DNA from: Patescibacteria group bacterium
Lineage (GTDB): Bacteria > Patescibacteriota > Minisyncoccia > UBA6257 > UBA9933
Reading direction: 5' to 3'
NCBI GenBank assembly: GCA_038078555.1
Contig: JBBTYQ010000001.1
Span: forward strand, 60,966 to 124,965
DNA length: 64,000 nucleotides
The stretch's first letter is position 1. Every line of letters begins with the position of its first letter. Below are positions 26,567 through 34,962 of this stretch, piece after piece. The notes below the pieces were generated by a model that searched no databases, was not told the origin of the DNA, and was given only the letters and a program-made list of their open reading frames with translations. A program made the position numbers and the translations under genes.

Positions 26567-27541
26567 ATGGAATCATTAAAAAATTTTCCAACTCAATTTG
26601 AATTTGAGCCAAAGATTGAAAATTACAATAATTTAAAACATGCTGAAAAAATTATTGTAATTGGTATGGGCGGGTCTCATTTGGCTGCCGGGCTCTTACA
26701 GTCAGCCTTGCCGGAACTTGATTTAATAATTCATAAAAATTACGGCCTGCCGAAACTGTCTCAAGAAATTTTAGCTAAAAGTTTGATTATCGCCAGCTCT
26801 TACTCCGGCAATACTGAAGAAGTTATCGATGCTTTTAAAGATGCTTTAGGCAAAAAATTAAATTTAGCGGTAATTTCAGTCGGCGGAGAACTTTTGAATT
26901 TAGCCAAAGAAAACAATATCCCCTATGTTCAAATGCCTGATACCGGCATTCAGCCCAGAATGGCTTTAGGGTTGAACTTGATGGCTCTGGCAAAGCTTAT
27001 TAACCGAGATGATTTAATTAATGAATTTAAAGATTTAAAAGATTATTTAAATGGCCTTTCCGTGGACGAGATGAATGAAAAAGGCAAAGAATTAGCGGAA
27101 AAAATAAAGAACAAGATTCCTGTTATTTATTCTTCTGCGGAAAATTCCGCTTTGTCTTGCAACTGGAAAATAAAATTTAATGAATCAGCGAAGATTCCGG
27201 CTTTTTATAATGTTTTTTCCGAACTTAATCACAATGAAATGGCTGGCTTTAGCAGGACGCAAAAAACCAGCAGTCTTTCCGATGGTTTTTGCTTTATTTT
27301 CTTAAAAGATCCAAGCGACCACCCAAGAATCATAAAAAGAATGGCAGTTTGCCAAAAGCTTTTTGAGAGTTATGGCTTTGAAGTTGAGCTAATCGAGCTT
27401 AAAGGCGAGTCTTTTTGGCAAAAAGCGTTTTCTAATTTATTATTGGCTGATTGGACAGTTTATAATTTAGCTGATATTTATGATGTTGAATTTGAGCGCG
27501 TGCCAATCGTGGAAGAATTTAAAAAATTAATAAACGAATAA
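26567..27541 (+). CDS. Bifunctional phosphoglucose/phosphomannose isomerase (SIS-domain, archaeal-type PGI/PMI)
   Basis: 324 aa. SIS motifs IIVIGMGGSHLAAGLL and IIASSYSGNTEE. Confidence 0.65.
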   Translation: MESLKNFPTQFEFEPKIENYNNLKHAEKIIVIGMGGSHLAAGLLQSALPELDLIIHKNYGLPKLSQEILAKSLIIASSYSGNTEEVIDAFKDALGKKLNLAVISVGGELLNLAKENNIPYVQMPDTGIQPRMALGLNLMALAKLINRDDLINEFKDLKDYLNGLSVDEMNEKGKELAEKIKNKIPVIYSSAENSALSCNWKIKFNESAKIPAFYNVFSELNHNEMAGFSRTQKTSSLSDGFCFIFLKDPSDHPRIIKRMAVCQKLFESYGFEVELIELKGESFWQKAFSNLLLADWTVYNLADIYDVEFERVPIVEEFKKLINE

Positions 27542-27550
27542 AATAAATCA

Positions 27551-27576
27551 AAAAACCCCCGCATTCGGGGGTTTTT
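27551..27576. terminator. Bidirectional terminator between convergent genes
   Basis: aaaaacccccgcattcgggggttttt. Confidence 0.65.
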
Positions 27577-27596
27577 GATATCTAAGCTAAAAGTCC

Positions 27597-28271
27597 TTAT
27601 TCTGTGTGTTCTCTTAGCCGATTAATAAGAGAAGCGGCGTAATCTTTGCCGCCAAGGCCAATGGCGATGCCGCCGCCTAGTGCAATCATTGCGACAATGC
27701 CGGTAATGATTGTATTAAGCAAAACCGGAGCAATGCCAAGCTGCATTAAAGCTGCAACAAAGCCGAAAATGATGGTTAGCCACCAGACTAAAGTCCCCAA
27801 GAATTTTGAGGCATGAAGCCGGGCACTCATTACAGAAGCTCTGATGAGCGATCTTAGGAAATTTGCCACTACTATCGTGGCCAATAATATCAAAGCCGCG
27901 ATAATAACATTGGGAGCGTAGCTTACGACTTCGCGCAAAAATTGCGAAAGTCCAAAGAGTCCCAAAACATCAGAAATAGCCAAAATAATTACGATTATAA
28001 AAAACCAGTAAACCAAGGCTCCGACAAATCTTCCGGAATTGACTTGGAGACCAGCTCTTTCAATATAAGAGGCTAATCCTGATCGGCGGATAAGATTATC
28101 AATTTTAACCATACTGATAATTCTTTCCACTAATGACCCTAAGCCCGCAGCGATGATTAATCCAACGATTAGAATAACCAAAGAGCCTATTAAAGCCGGG
28201 ATAAAATTAATTATTCCGCCCCAGACATTAAGAAGCGAACCCATAGTAGCATCCACTAATTGATTCAACAT
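27597..28271 (-). CDS. Polytopic membrane protein with two conserved-TM-helix repeats; function unknown
   Basis: 224 aa. Repeated hydrophobic modules ...IPALIGSLVILIVGLIIAAGLGSLVERII... and ...VIIAALILLATIVVANFLRSLIRA... Confidence 0.45.
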   Translation of the reverse strand: MLNQLVDATMGSLLNVWGGIINFIPALIGSLVILIVGLIIAAGLGSLVERIISMVKIDNLIRRSGLASYIERAGLQVNSGRFVGALVYWFFIIVIILAISDVLGLFGLSQFLREVVSYAPNVIIAALILLATIVVANFLRSLIRASVMSARLHASKFLGTLVWWLTIIFGFVAALMQLGIAPVLLNTIITGIVAMIALGGGIAIGLGGKDYAASLINRLREHTE

Positions 28272-28366
28272 GTTGAAATATTTTGTTTATAATCGACCTT
28301 TTAAATGTGATTTGATTATATTATAATATAAATAAGTTATCAAGCCAATAGTTCTTGTGGATAAGT

Positions 28367-28738
28367 ATGACCTTAATTTATCGGATAATCTTCTTCTTTT
28401 TTTTAAACGTAATAGCGCTTTGGACCGCAGCTTATTTTGTCAAAGATTTTGAAATTTCCTCTGATTTTTTGAATTTTGCCACAGCCGCGGCTATTTTCGC
28501 GCTTATTAATATTTTTATCAAACCGGTTCTTAAGCTTGTTTTAGGCCCGATAATTATCATTACCTTCGGTTTGGGTATAATTTTGGTAAATGCTTTAGCG
28601 CTTTATATTCTTGACATTTTTTCCAGTGGCATTAATATTAAAGGATTATTGCCCTTGATTTATGCCACGCTTATTATAGGCGCGATAAACGTGCTTATAA
28701 GTTTTTCCGCTAAGCGACTTTATAAGAACAACGATTGA
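28367..28738 (+). CDS. Small four-TM membrane protein (DUF360 / phage-holin-4-like family); start taken at ATG 28367 rather than the track's TTG at 28355
   Basis: About 123 aa. Four hydrophobic helices with a YvlD-like pattern. Confidence 0.4.
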   Translation: MTLIYRIIFFFFLNVIALWTAAYFVKDFEISSDFLNFATAAAIFALINIFIKPVLKLVLGPIIIITFGLGIILVNALALYILDIFSSGINIKGLLPLIYATLIIGAINVLISFSAKRLYKNND

Positions 28739-28789
28739 TTATTTTTGATTCAATCAATTTTAAGTTCAGCGAGTCGTTAGCTTAACAAT

Positions 28790-29008
28790 ATGCTTATATC
28801 AATTATTCAAATTATTGTTTCCGTTATTTTAATCATTTTGATTCTTCTTCAGGAAAGATCTTCCGGATTGTCGGGAATTTTTGGCGGCAGTGAGGGGGGC
28901 GTTTATTCTGTTCGCCGGGGAATGGAAAAAATTATTTTCAGCGCAACTATTGTTTTAATAATTATCCTTATAATTTTATCTTTAATCAGCCTTTTTGGGG
29001 TTAAATAA
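28790..29008 (+). CDS. secG: Preprotein translocase subunit SecG
   Basis: 72 aa. TM1 followed by LLQERSSGLSGIFGG, matching the SecG LLQxGKG..G..FG motif, then TM2. Confidence 0.55.
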   Translation: MLISIIQIIVSVILIILILLQERSSGLSGIFGGSEGGVYSVRRGMEKIIFSATIVLIIILIILSLISLFGVK

Positions 29009-30664
29009 ATGATTTTCGGACTTATCAAACTTTTTAAGTCTTTCTCGCGGAAAGAAATTATTGTTTTTGTTGTACTTTTTTTGGCATTTTTAGTTTCTGC
29101 TTCCTTGTTGCTTGCAAAATTTATCAGCGTTAATACTAAAATTTTGGCGGTTAGCGGAGGAAAATACGCGGAAGGAGCGGTAGGGCAACCGGCTTTTGTT
29201 AATCCGGTTTTGGCTTCAACTGATGTTGACAGAGATTTAGTTGAGCTTATTTTTAGCGACCTGGAGCGCATGGCGGAAAATTATAAGTCAGATGAAACCG
29301 GGAAAATTTGGCGCTATCGGCTTAAAGAAAACCTGTTTTGGCACGATAATAGGCCGATTACCAGCGATGATATAATTTTCACTATTGAGGCGATTAAGAA
29401 TCCCGATTCTTATTCCCCTCTTTTTATAAGCTGGCAGGGCGTTTCTGTTAATCGAATCAGCGAGCGCGAGATTGAGTTTAAATTGCCCGGATCTTATGTT
29501 TTTTTTAAAGATGCTTTGCGTGGCTTAAAGCCGATTCCTAAGCATATTTTTGCTGATATTCCAGCGGCTAATTTTCGGCTTTCCAATTATAATCTTGAGC
29601 CCATTGGAAGCGGGCCGTTTAAATTCGCCGGGTTTAAGAAAAAATCAGACGGCTATATTGTTTCTTATGATTTGGCTAAAAATGAAAATTATTTCGGAGA
29701 CAAAGCTTACTTGGACGGATTTAGTTTTGTTTTTTATACCGATGAATCTAGCTTGGTAAAGGCTTTTAATATGGGCATTATTGACGGCTTGGGCAATGTC
29801 AGCAAAGAAAGTCTTGGCAAAATTAATTTTCCAAGCAAAATTTTTTCTTTCAGAATGCTTAAATACTATGCGATTTTTTTAAATCCTTATGCCCAGCAGG
29901 GTCTAAAGGATAAAAATGTGAAAATGGCCTTAAGTTTAGCGATAGATAAAAATAAAATCATCGAAAAATCTTTTGGTCGTTATGCAGTGCCTGTTGCCGG
30001 GCCGTTAGTTGATGGAGCTGATGGATTTTCTAGCCTTGTTTATCCGGAAGAGATTTTTTCTTTGGAAAAATCCGTTCAAGTTTTTGAAGCCTCTGGTTGG
30101 ACTCTAGGCGAAGATAATATCAGGCAAAAGCAGTTTGGCAATGAGCTTGTCAGGTTGGATTTTAATTTGGTGGTGCCCAATAATCAGTTTCTGGTTGAAA
30201 CCGCTAATTTGATAAAAGAAGACTGGTTTAAAGCGGGCGTAAAATTAAATCTTTCTATCCTCCCGCTTTCGAGCATCAACGGCGATATTATTAAAAACAG
30301 AGATTATCAAATGATTCTGTTTGGAAATATAATAGGAGAAAGCCCGGATTTATTTTCCTTTTGGCATTCTTCGGAAAGATTTTATCCGGGTTATAACTTG
30401 GCGCTTTATGAAAATAAGTCGGCGGATAATCTAATAGAATTAATAAGAAAAAATTTTAACGATGAGAAAAGATATTCCGATTTGGCAAGTTTGCAGTCGC
30501 TGATTATCGGCGACCAACCCGCGTTTTTTCTTTATTCCCCTAATTATGTTTATGTCAGCAAGAAAAAACTTGGCGGCTTGGAGGAATATGCCATTTCTCT
30601 GCCCAGCGATCGGTTTAAGAACGCTGAAAAATTGTTTGTGAAAACAGCAAGAGCGCTGAAATAA
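29009..30664 (+). CDS. Membrane-anchored extracellular solute-binding protein, family 5 (peptide/nickel OppA/DppA-like); orphan
   Basis: 551 aa. N-terminal TM anchor. The length and motif pattern are typical of the SBP_bac_5 fold. Confidence 0.65.
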   Translation: MIFGLIKLFKSFSRKEIIVFVVLFLAFLVSASLLLAKFISVNTKILAVSGGKYAEGAVGQPAFVNPVLASTDVDRDLVELIFSDLERMAENYKSDETGKIWRYRLKENLFWHDNRPITSDDIIFTIEAIKNPDSYSPLFISWQGVSVNRISEREIEFKLPGSYVFFKDALRGLKPIPKHIFADIPAANFRLSNYNLEPIGSGPFKFAGFKKKSDGYIVSYDLAKNENYFGDKAYLDGFSFVFYTDESSLVKAFNMGIIDGLGNVSKESLGKINFPSKIFSFRMLKYYAIFLNPYAQQGLKDKNVKMALSLAIDKNKIIEKSFGRYAVPVAGPLVDGADGFSSLVYPEEIFSLEKSVQVFEASGWTLGEDNIRQKQFGNELVRLDFNLVVPNNQFLVETANLIKEDWFKAGVKLNLSILPLSSINGDIIKNRDYQMILFGNIIGESPDLFSFWHSSERFYPGYNLALYENKSADNLIELIRKNFNDEKRYSDLASLQSLIIGDQPAFFLYSPNYVYVSKKKLGGLEEYAISLPSDRFKNAEKLFVKTARALK

Positions 30665-30689
30665 TTTTTATTTGTAAATAATAATATTT

Positions 30690-30775
30690 GCCCCCGTGGC
30701 GGAACTGGCAGACGCGTACGCTTCAGGAGCGTATAGCCTATGGCTGTAGAGGTTCAAGTCCTCTCGGGGGCACCA
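30690..30775 (+). tRNA. tRNA-Leu (anticodon CAG), type II with long variable arm, CCA encoded
   Basis: Acceptor gcccccg/cgggggc, 3-bp D stem gcg/cgc, anticodon stem tacgc/gcgta with loop ttCAGga, variable hairpin agcc-tat-ggct, T arm agagg-ttcaagt-cctct, 3' end acca. Confidence 0.85.
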
Positions 30776-30937
30776 AACTGGATATAGAGAAATACTTTTG
30801 GGCCAAGTATTTTACGCTGGCAAAAAAACATTAAATTAAAAAATAAAATATAATAAAAAAAACGAAACATTGATTTTGCGAGAACGACAAAATTAATCTG
30901 TCATCCTCGTAATCAATTAATGATTTCGCATTATTAA

Positions 30938-32659
30938 ATGATTAAGCAAAAAATAATTAAACCGATTCGTAAAGCTGTCACAGTACCAGTAAAAGAAAAT
31001 GAAGCAGTGCGTTTTGTCGCTTTGGGCGGATTGGAAGAAATCGGCCGCAATATGATGTTTTTCGAGCATAAAGATGAGATTGTTATTATTGATGCCGGCT
31101 TGCAATTTCCTGAAGAAACTACTCCGGGCATCGATTTTATTATCCCCAATGTTTCTTATTTGGAGGCAAAAAAGAAAAACATAAAAGCCTTGGTTATTAC
31201 TCACGGGCATTACGATCACATTGGTGCCATTCCTTATATTATGGAAAAAATCGGCAACCCCACTATTTATACTACGGCTTTAAATAAAGCTATTATCAGC
31301 CGGCGTCAGGAAGAATTTACAAATGCGCCGAAGATTGATTTTGAATTGATAAAAGCCGGAGAAACCCGTCAATTATCGGAGCATTTCAAAGCGATATTTT
31401 TCGGCGTTGCTCATACTATTCCCGACAGCATCGGCGTTATTCTGGATACGCCCGCCGGAAATATGGTTTATCCCGGAGATTTTAGGCTTGATTATGATAT
31501 TGATGGAAAGCCGAAAGATATGGAAGTTTGGAAATTCATAAGCGAACATAAAATTCACTCGTTATTTTTAGATTCCACTGGAGCGGATAAAGAAGGTTAT
31601 TCTATTTCGGAAAGAGTTGTGGAGGCGGAAATCGAAAAAATTTTCAAAAAATCAGACGGCCGCATTATCATCGGAACATTTGCTTCGTTGCTGGAACGAT
31701 TGGCGGAAATTATAAAAATCTCGGAACGCCACAACCGGAAAGTATTTATCAGCGGTTTTTCAATGAAAGCCAATATTCAAATCGCCCAAAGTCTGGGCTA
31801 TATGAAAATTAAAAAAGAAACAATTATTCCTTTGGAGGAGATTAATAAATATCGGGACGATAAAATCGTGGTGTTATGCACCGGCGCTCAAGGAGAGCCA
31901 AATGCAAGCTTAATGCGCATTGCCAATGGCGAACACAAGCAAATTCAAATTAAAAAAGGCGACACCATTATTCTGTCGTCTTCAATTGTGCCCGGTAATG
32001 AGCGCAGTGTTCAGATTTTAATGGACGACATTTCCCGTCAAGGCGGCATTATTTATCATTCCAAAATGGTTGATATCCACTCCAGCGGCCATGCGCCTCA
32101 AGAAGAATTGAAAATAGTGATGAAAACAATAAAGCCAAGATTTTTTATTCCCGTGCACGGTTATTATTTCATGCGCTGGAGAAGTACTCAGCTCGCTCAA
32201 GAAACTTTAAAGCTTAAAGAAGAAGAAACTGTTTTGGTTGATAACGGCCAAGTTGTTTCTTTAACAAAAAATTCAGCTACTATTACCGAAGAAACAGTGC
32301 CGATTTATTATGTGATGGTTGATGGACTAGGAGTGGGCGATGTTGGCGAGGTGGTTTTAAGAGACCGAAGAGTATTGGCTCAAGAAGGCATGGTGGTGAT
32401 TATTACCACATTAGACCGGAAAACCGGACGATTTTTGAAAAATCCGGATATTATTTCCCGCGGATTTATTTATCTTAAAGAAAATAAAGAATTAGTGGAA
32501 GAATTAAGAAAACGCATTCGCGGACTTATTAGCCGCGTTCCTTATCAGCAAATTGAAGCTGATTATCTTAAGGCGATGATGCGCGATCAATTAGGCCAAT
32601 TTCTTTATACTAAGACCAAACGCCGGCCGATGATTTTGCCGGTAGTTATTGAAGTATAG
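30938..32659 (+). CDS. rnj: Ribonuclease J
   Basis: 573 aa. N-terminus ALGGLEEIGRNMMFFEHKDEIVIIDAGLQFPEE and ITHGHYDHIGAIPY are RNase J MBL motifs. Beta-CASP and C-terminal domain are present. Confidence 0.85.
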   Translation: MIKQKIIKPIRKAVTVPVKENEAVRFVALGGLEEIGRNMMFFEHKDEIVIIDAGLQFPEETTPGIDFIIPNVSYLEAKKKNIKALVITHGHYDHIGAIPYIMEKIGNPTIYTTALNKAIISRRQEEFTNAPKIDFELIKAGETRQLSEHFKAIFFGVAHTIPDSIGVILDTPAGNMVYPGDFRLDYDIDGKPKDMEVWKFISEHKIHSLFLDSTGADKEGYSISERVVEAEIEKIFKKSDGRIIIGTFASLLERLAEIIKISERHNRKVFISGFSMKANIQIAQSLGYMKIKKETIIPLEEINKYRDDKIVVLCTGAQGEPNASLMRIANGEHKQIQIKKGDTIILSSSIVPGNERSVQILMDDISRQGGIIYHSKMVDIHSSGHAPQEELKIVMKTIKPRFFIPVHGYYFMRWRSTQLAQETLKLKEEETVLVDNGQVVSLTKNSATITEETVPIYYVMVDGLGVGDVGEVVLRDRRVLAQEGMVVIITTLDRKTGRFLKNPDIISRGFIYLKENKELVEELRKRIRGLISRVPYQQIEADYLKAMMRDQLGQFLYTKTKRRPMILPVVIEV

Positions 32660-32710
32660 TTCGTTAGCTTGATAGATCGTTAGCTTGGCAGCCTATTAAA
32701 ATAAGTTAAT

Positions 32711-34003
32711 TTATTTCCCCTCTCCTCTCTTCTTTTTATTCTCTTTTTGTTCGAAAATTTTAATCACGCCGTATTCGCCGTCATAGCCAGGACGGATTTT
32801 TACTCTGCCTTCTCTTACGCGTTTTATGCCTTCGGCAATACGGCCGTCAGTTGACGACTTAAGTTCGTTTTCATTTACGTTTAGTAGGATATTCAATTCA
32901 TTATTAAAATTTTTAATGAGCTTATCGTATTCTTTCTTTACTGCTTTGGTTTTGACGCCCGCATCAAATACTTCGGCAATGATTTCATCAAGCTTAATGA
33001 GATTGTAATATGGGATACGATTGTTATGTTGGTGAAAATTAGTGCCGGAAGAAATTTTTATCTCCGGCCGGTCGGCTAATTGTTTTATGCGATTCATTAC
33101 TCCGATAGTCAAAGGTTTGCCGCATACAGGGCAAAGACCGCCATGTTTTTTTGTTTCTTCCGGATTAAAAACAATTCCGCATGCGCGATGGCCGTCAAAA
33201 TGGTATTTACCCTCCTCTGGAAAAAATTCTATAGTGGCGATGAATTTTTTAGGGTCTCGGGATTTGATTGCTTTGATTATTCCCGCATAAGAAAGTTCTG
33301 TATCAAAAATATTCGCTTCTCGGCCAATGCGTTCCAAGCTATGGGAATCGGAATTGGAGATAAAAGAGATATTGTCTAGCTTTGATAAGCGCCAGTTCAT
33401 AGCCGGGTCGCTGGATAGCCCCGTTTCAATAGCAAAAATATTTTTTGAGTATTTTCCGAAACATTCCTTAATAGAATCAAAACCGCTCATTGAGCCGAAA
33501 ACAGAAAACCATGGAGTCCATGCATGAGCCGGAATAATTACCGCCTCGGGATTAACGGTAAAAACAATTCTTGCCAATTTTTCGCTATCAAGCCCTAAAA
33601 TCGGCCGGCCGTCGGATTTCAAATTGCCGATATAGGAAAGCTGAGCGTTGATTTTTTCTGCCGTTTCAATATCAGGCGCAAAAACCAAGTTATGAACTCT
33701 CCGCGTTTTTCCTGCTCTGGAATAAATGCCGGATATTTCCACGCTTAACAAAAATCTAGTATTGCTGAAAGTTCCTTTAATCGTTTCTTTCTTATATTGA
33801 TTTTTTAATTTAAAAAGACCCGGTTCGGCTGGCTCAAGTTTTTCTTTTATTTCTCCTAGCCATTTTGGATGAGTAAAGTCCCCTGTTCCCATCACAAGAA
33901 TTCCCTTGTCGTCAGCCCAAGCGTCAAGACTTTCTAAATTCATTGATTTGCTGGTGGCGCGGGAGTATTTGGAATGGATATGAAGGTCCGCGATAAATTT
34001 CAT
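32711..34003 (-). CDS. PHP-domain protein of the endonuclease-Q-like (TIGR00375) family
   Basis: 430 aa. N-terminal PHP motif DLHIHSKYS. C-terminal Zn finger GGLCPVCGK. Confidence 0.5.
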   Translation of the reverse strand: MKFIADLHIHSKYSRATSKSMNLESLDAWADDKGILVMGTGDFTHPKWLGEIKEKLEPAEPGLFKLKNQYKKETIKGTFSNTRFLLSVEISGIYSRAGKTRRVHNLVFAPDIETAEKINAQLSYIGNLKSDGRPILGLDSEKLARIVFTVNPEAVIIPAHAWTPWFSVFGSMSGFDSIKECFGKYSKNIFAIETGLSSDPAMNWRLSKLDNISFISNSDSHSLERIGREANIFDTELSYAGIIKAIKSRDPKKFIATIEFFPEEGKYHFDGHRACGIVFNPEETKKHGGLCPVCGKPLTIGVMNRIKQLADRPEIKISSGTNFHQHNNRIPYYNLIKLDEIIAEVFDAGVKTKAVKKEYDKLIKNFNNELNILLNVNENELKSSTDGRIAEGIKRVREGRVKIRPGYDGEYGVIKIFEQKENKKKRGEGK

Positions 34004-34115
34004 TTTTAAATTTTATCACAAAAAACGTTAAAGAGCGTTAAAAGGCTAAAAGGCAAAGGCACCGAGCCATTTTTTGATTCTCTGATTATAGGTTTTGCTC
34101 GAACAAGTTAGTTCT

Positions 34116-34185
34116 GGTGCCGAGGGCGGGACTTGAACCCGCATGCCTTACGGCGCTAGCTCCTAAAGCTAGTGCGCCCCGCACT
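34116..34185 (-). tRNA. 3' portion of a tRNA-Leu(TAG)-like gene (D-stem 3' strand, anticodon arm, long variable arm, T arm, acceptor 3' strand, encoded CCA). It has no adjacent 5' acceptor strand
   Basis: Minus-sense sequence gtgcggggcgc a ctagc-tttagga-gctag cgccgtaaggcat gcggg-ttcaagt-cccgc cctcggc a cca. The anticodon loop ttTAGga gives anticodon TAG. The matching 5' strand gccgagg is found about 180 nt upstream. Confidence 0.4.
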
Positions 34186-34187
34186 AA
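34177..34187. repeat. Left arm of an 11-bp inverted repeat (TTAGTGCGGGG/CCCCGCACTAA) flanking the embedded tRNA
   Basis: The plus strand reads ccccgcactaa here. Its reverse complement ttagtgcgggg recurs at 34297-34307. Confidence 0.6.
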
Positions 34188-34209
34188 ATTTTTAAACTTT
34201 GCTTACTTG

Positions 34210-34292
34210 TGCCGGAGGAGAGATTTGAACTCTCACGAGCTTACGCTCACAGCGCCCTAAACGCTGCGTGTCTGCCATTTCACCACTCCGGC
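34210..34292 (-). tRNA. tRNA-Leu (anticodon TAG), type II, complete cloverleaf, no encoded CCA
   Basis: Minus sense: gccggag tg gtg-aaatggcaga-cac g cagcg-ttTAGgg-cgctg tgagcgtaagctcgtg gagag-ttcaaat-ctctc ctccggc a. Confidence 0.8.
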
Positions 34293-34296
34293 AAAA

Positions 34297-34307
34297 TTAG
34301 TGCGGGG
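34297..34307. repeat. Right arm of the 11-bp inverted repeat
   Basis: ttagtgcgggg on the plus strand. Confidence 0.6.
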
Positions 34308-34344
34308 TAAATCTGCCAGCCTGCCCCGTATACAGCTTTGCTGT

Positions 34345-34368
34345 TCTGCGGGGTTTCGCCACCTCGGC
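34345..34368 (-). other. Orphan tRNA 5' segment (acceptor 5' strand gccgagg, nt 8-9 tg, D-stem 5' strand gcg) that matches the 3' portion at 34116-34185
   Basis: The minus-sense start gccgaggtggcgaaaccccgcag is collinear with the 5' end of type-II Leu tRNAs (compare gcccccgtggcggaa in the Leu-CAG gene). A -10-like tatact lies about 12 nt upstream. Confidence 0.35.
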
Positions 34369-34442
34369 TTTATTGACTTCAGTATAAATAGATGTTTTGT
34401 TTAATCAAGCACCTTAACTTTAACAAAAATGGAGAGCCTAAG

Positions 34443-34811
34443 ATGGAAGAGATAAAAGAGACGAAAGGAGGAATTGAGGTCAGAGAAACGGCAAGATCGC
34501 TTAAAAATAAATTTATAGCCCTTGTTCAGAAATATTGTCCCAATTTTCAAGTAGACGACGGCATAGAAAACCTCGCTTTTTTTAAAAAAGAAAGTTTATT
34601 TTCAAAAATTTTTATCGGCAAAGAAAAATCAGTTATGTATGTGTTTCGTTTGGACGGAAATATTGGAGGTTTGGATCTTTTCGAAGCCGGAGAATGGTCG
34701 GATATAAAAATTGTGGCTGAAGAGGAAAAATATCTTGTTGGTGTTATAAAGATTGCCGGTGAGTATGGAAAAATCAGCGGGAAAAGAGTGGTTATTGATA
34801 GAAGTTTTTAA
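34443..34811 (+). CDS. Hypothetical protein; start taken at the internal Met with SD ggagag
   Basis: About 123 aa with no recognisable motifs. The track ORF begins at 34392, which would overlap the tRNA promoter region. Confidence 0.4.
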   Translation: MEEIKETKGGIEVRETARSLKNKFIALVQKYCPNFQVDDGIENLAFFKKESLFSKIFIGKEKSVMYVFRLDGNIGGLDLFEAGEWSDIKIVAEEEKYLVGVIKIAGEYGKISGKRVVIDRSF

Positions 34812-34962
34812 TTTTCGGAAATTTATTTAAATATGCCAGGCATTGCTTGGCATATTTTATTTATTGACTTTTGCAAAGAAGTATGGTATATTTAAAACTT
34901 AAATAAGCTCTTTAACACTAAGTCAATAAGGAAGAAATGATATAAAAACAACTTAAAGGAGG

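Noticed and set aside
34116-34368. Interpreting the whole 253-nt minus-strand element as a tmRNA. Its T-arm gcgggttcaagtcccgc plus CCA resembles the tmRNA tRNA-like domain, and the ends pair.
   Set aside because: The interior contains a complete canonical tRNA-Leu cloverleaf rather than pseudoknots and a tag-peptide reading frame. No frame ends in a hydrophobic ...LAA-type tag. The 3' portion has a normal anticodon arm.
34392-34442. Using the track's ORF start at 34392 for the hypothetical protein.
   Set aside because: That start would place the N-terminus over the promoter and 5' end of the minus-strand tRNA-like gene. The internal Met at 34443 has a better SD (ggagag).
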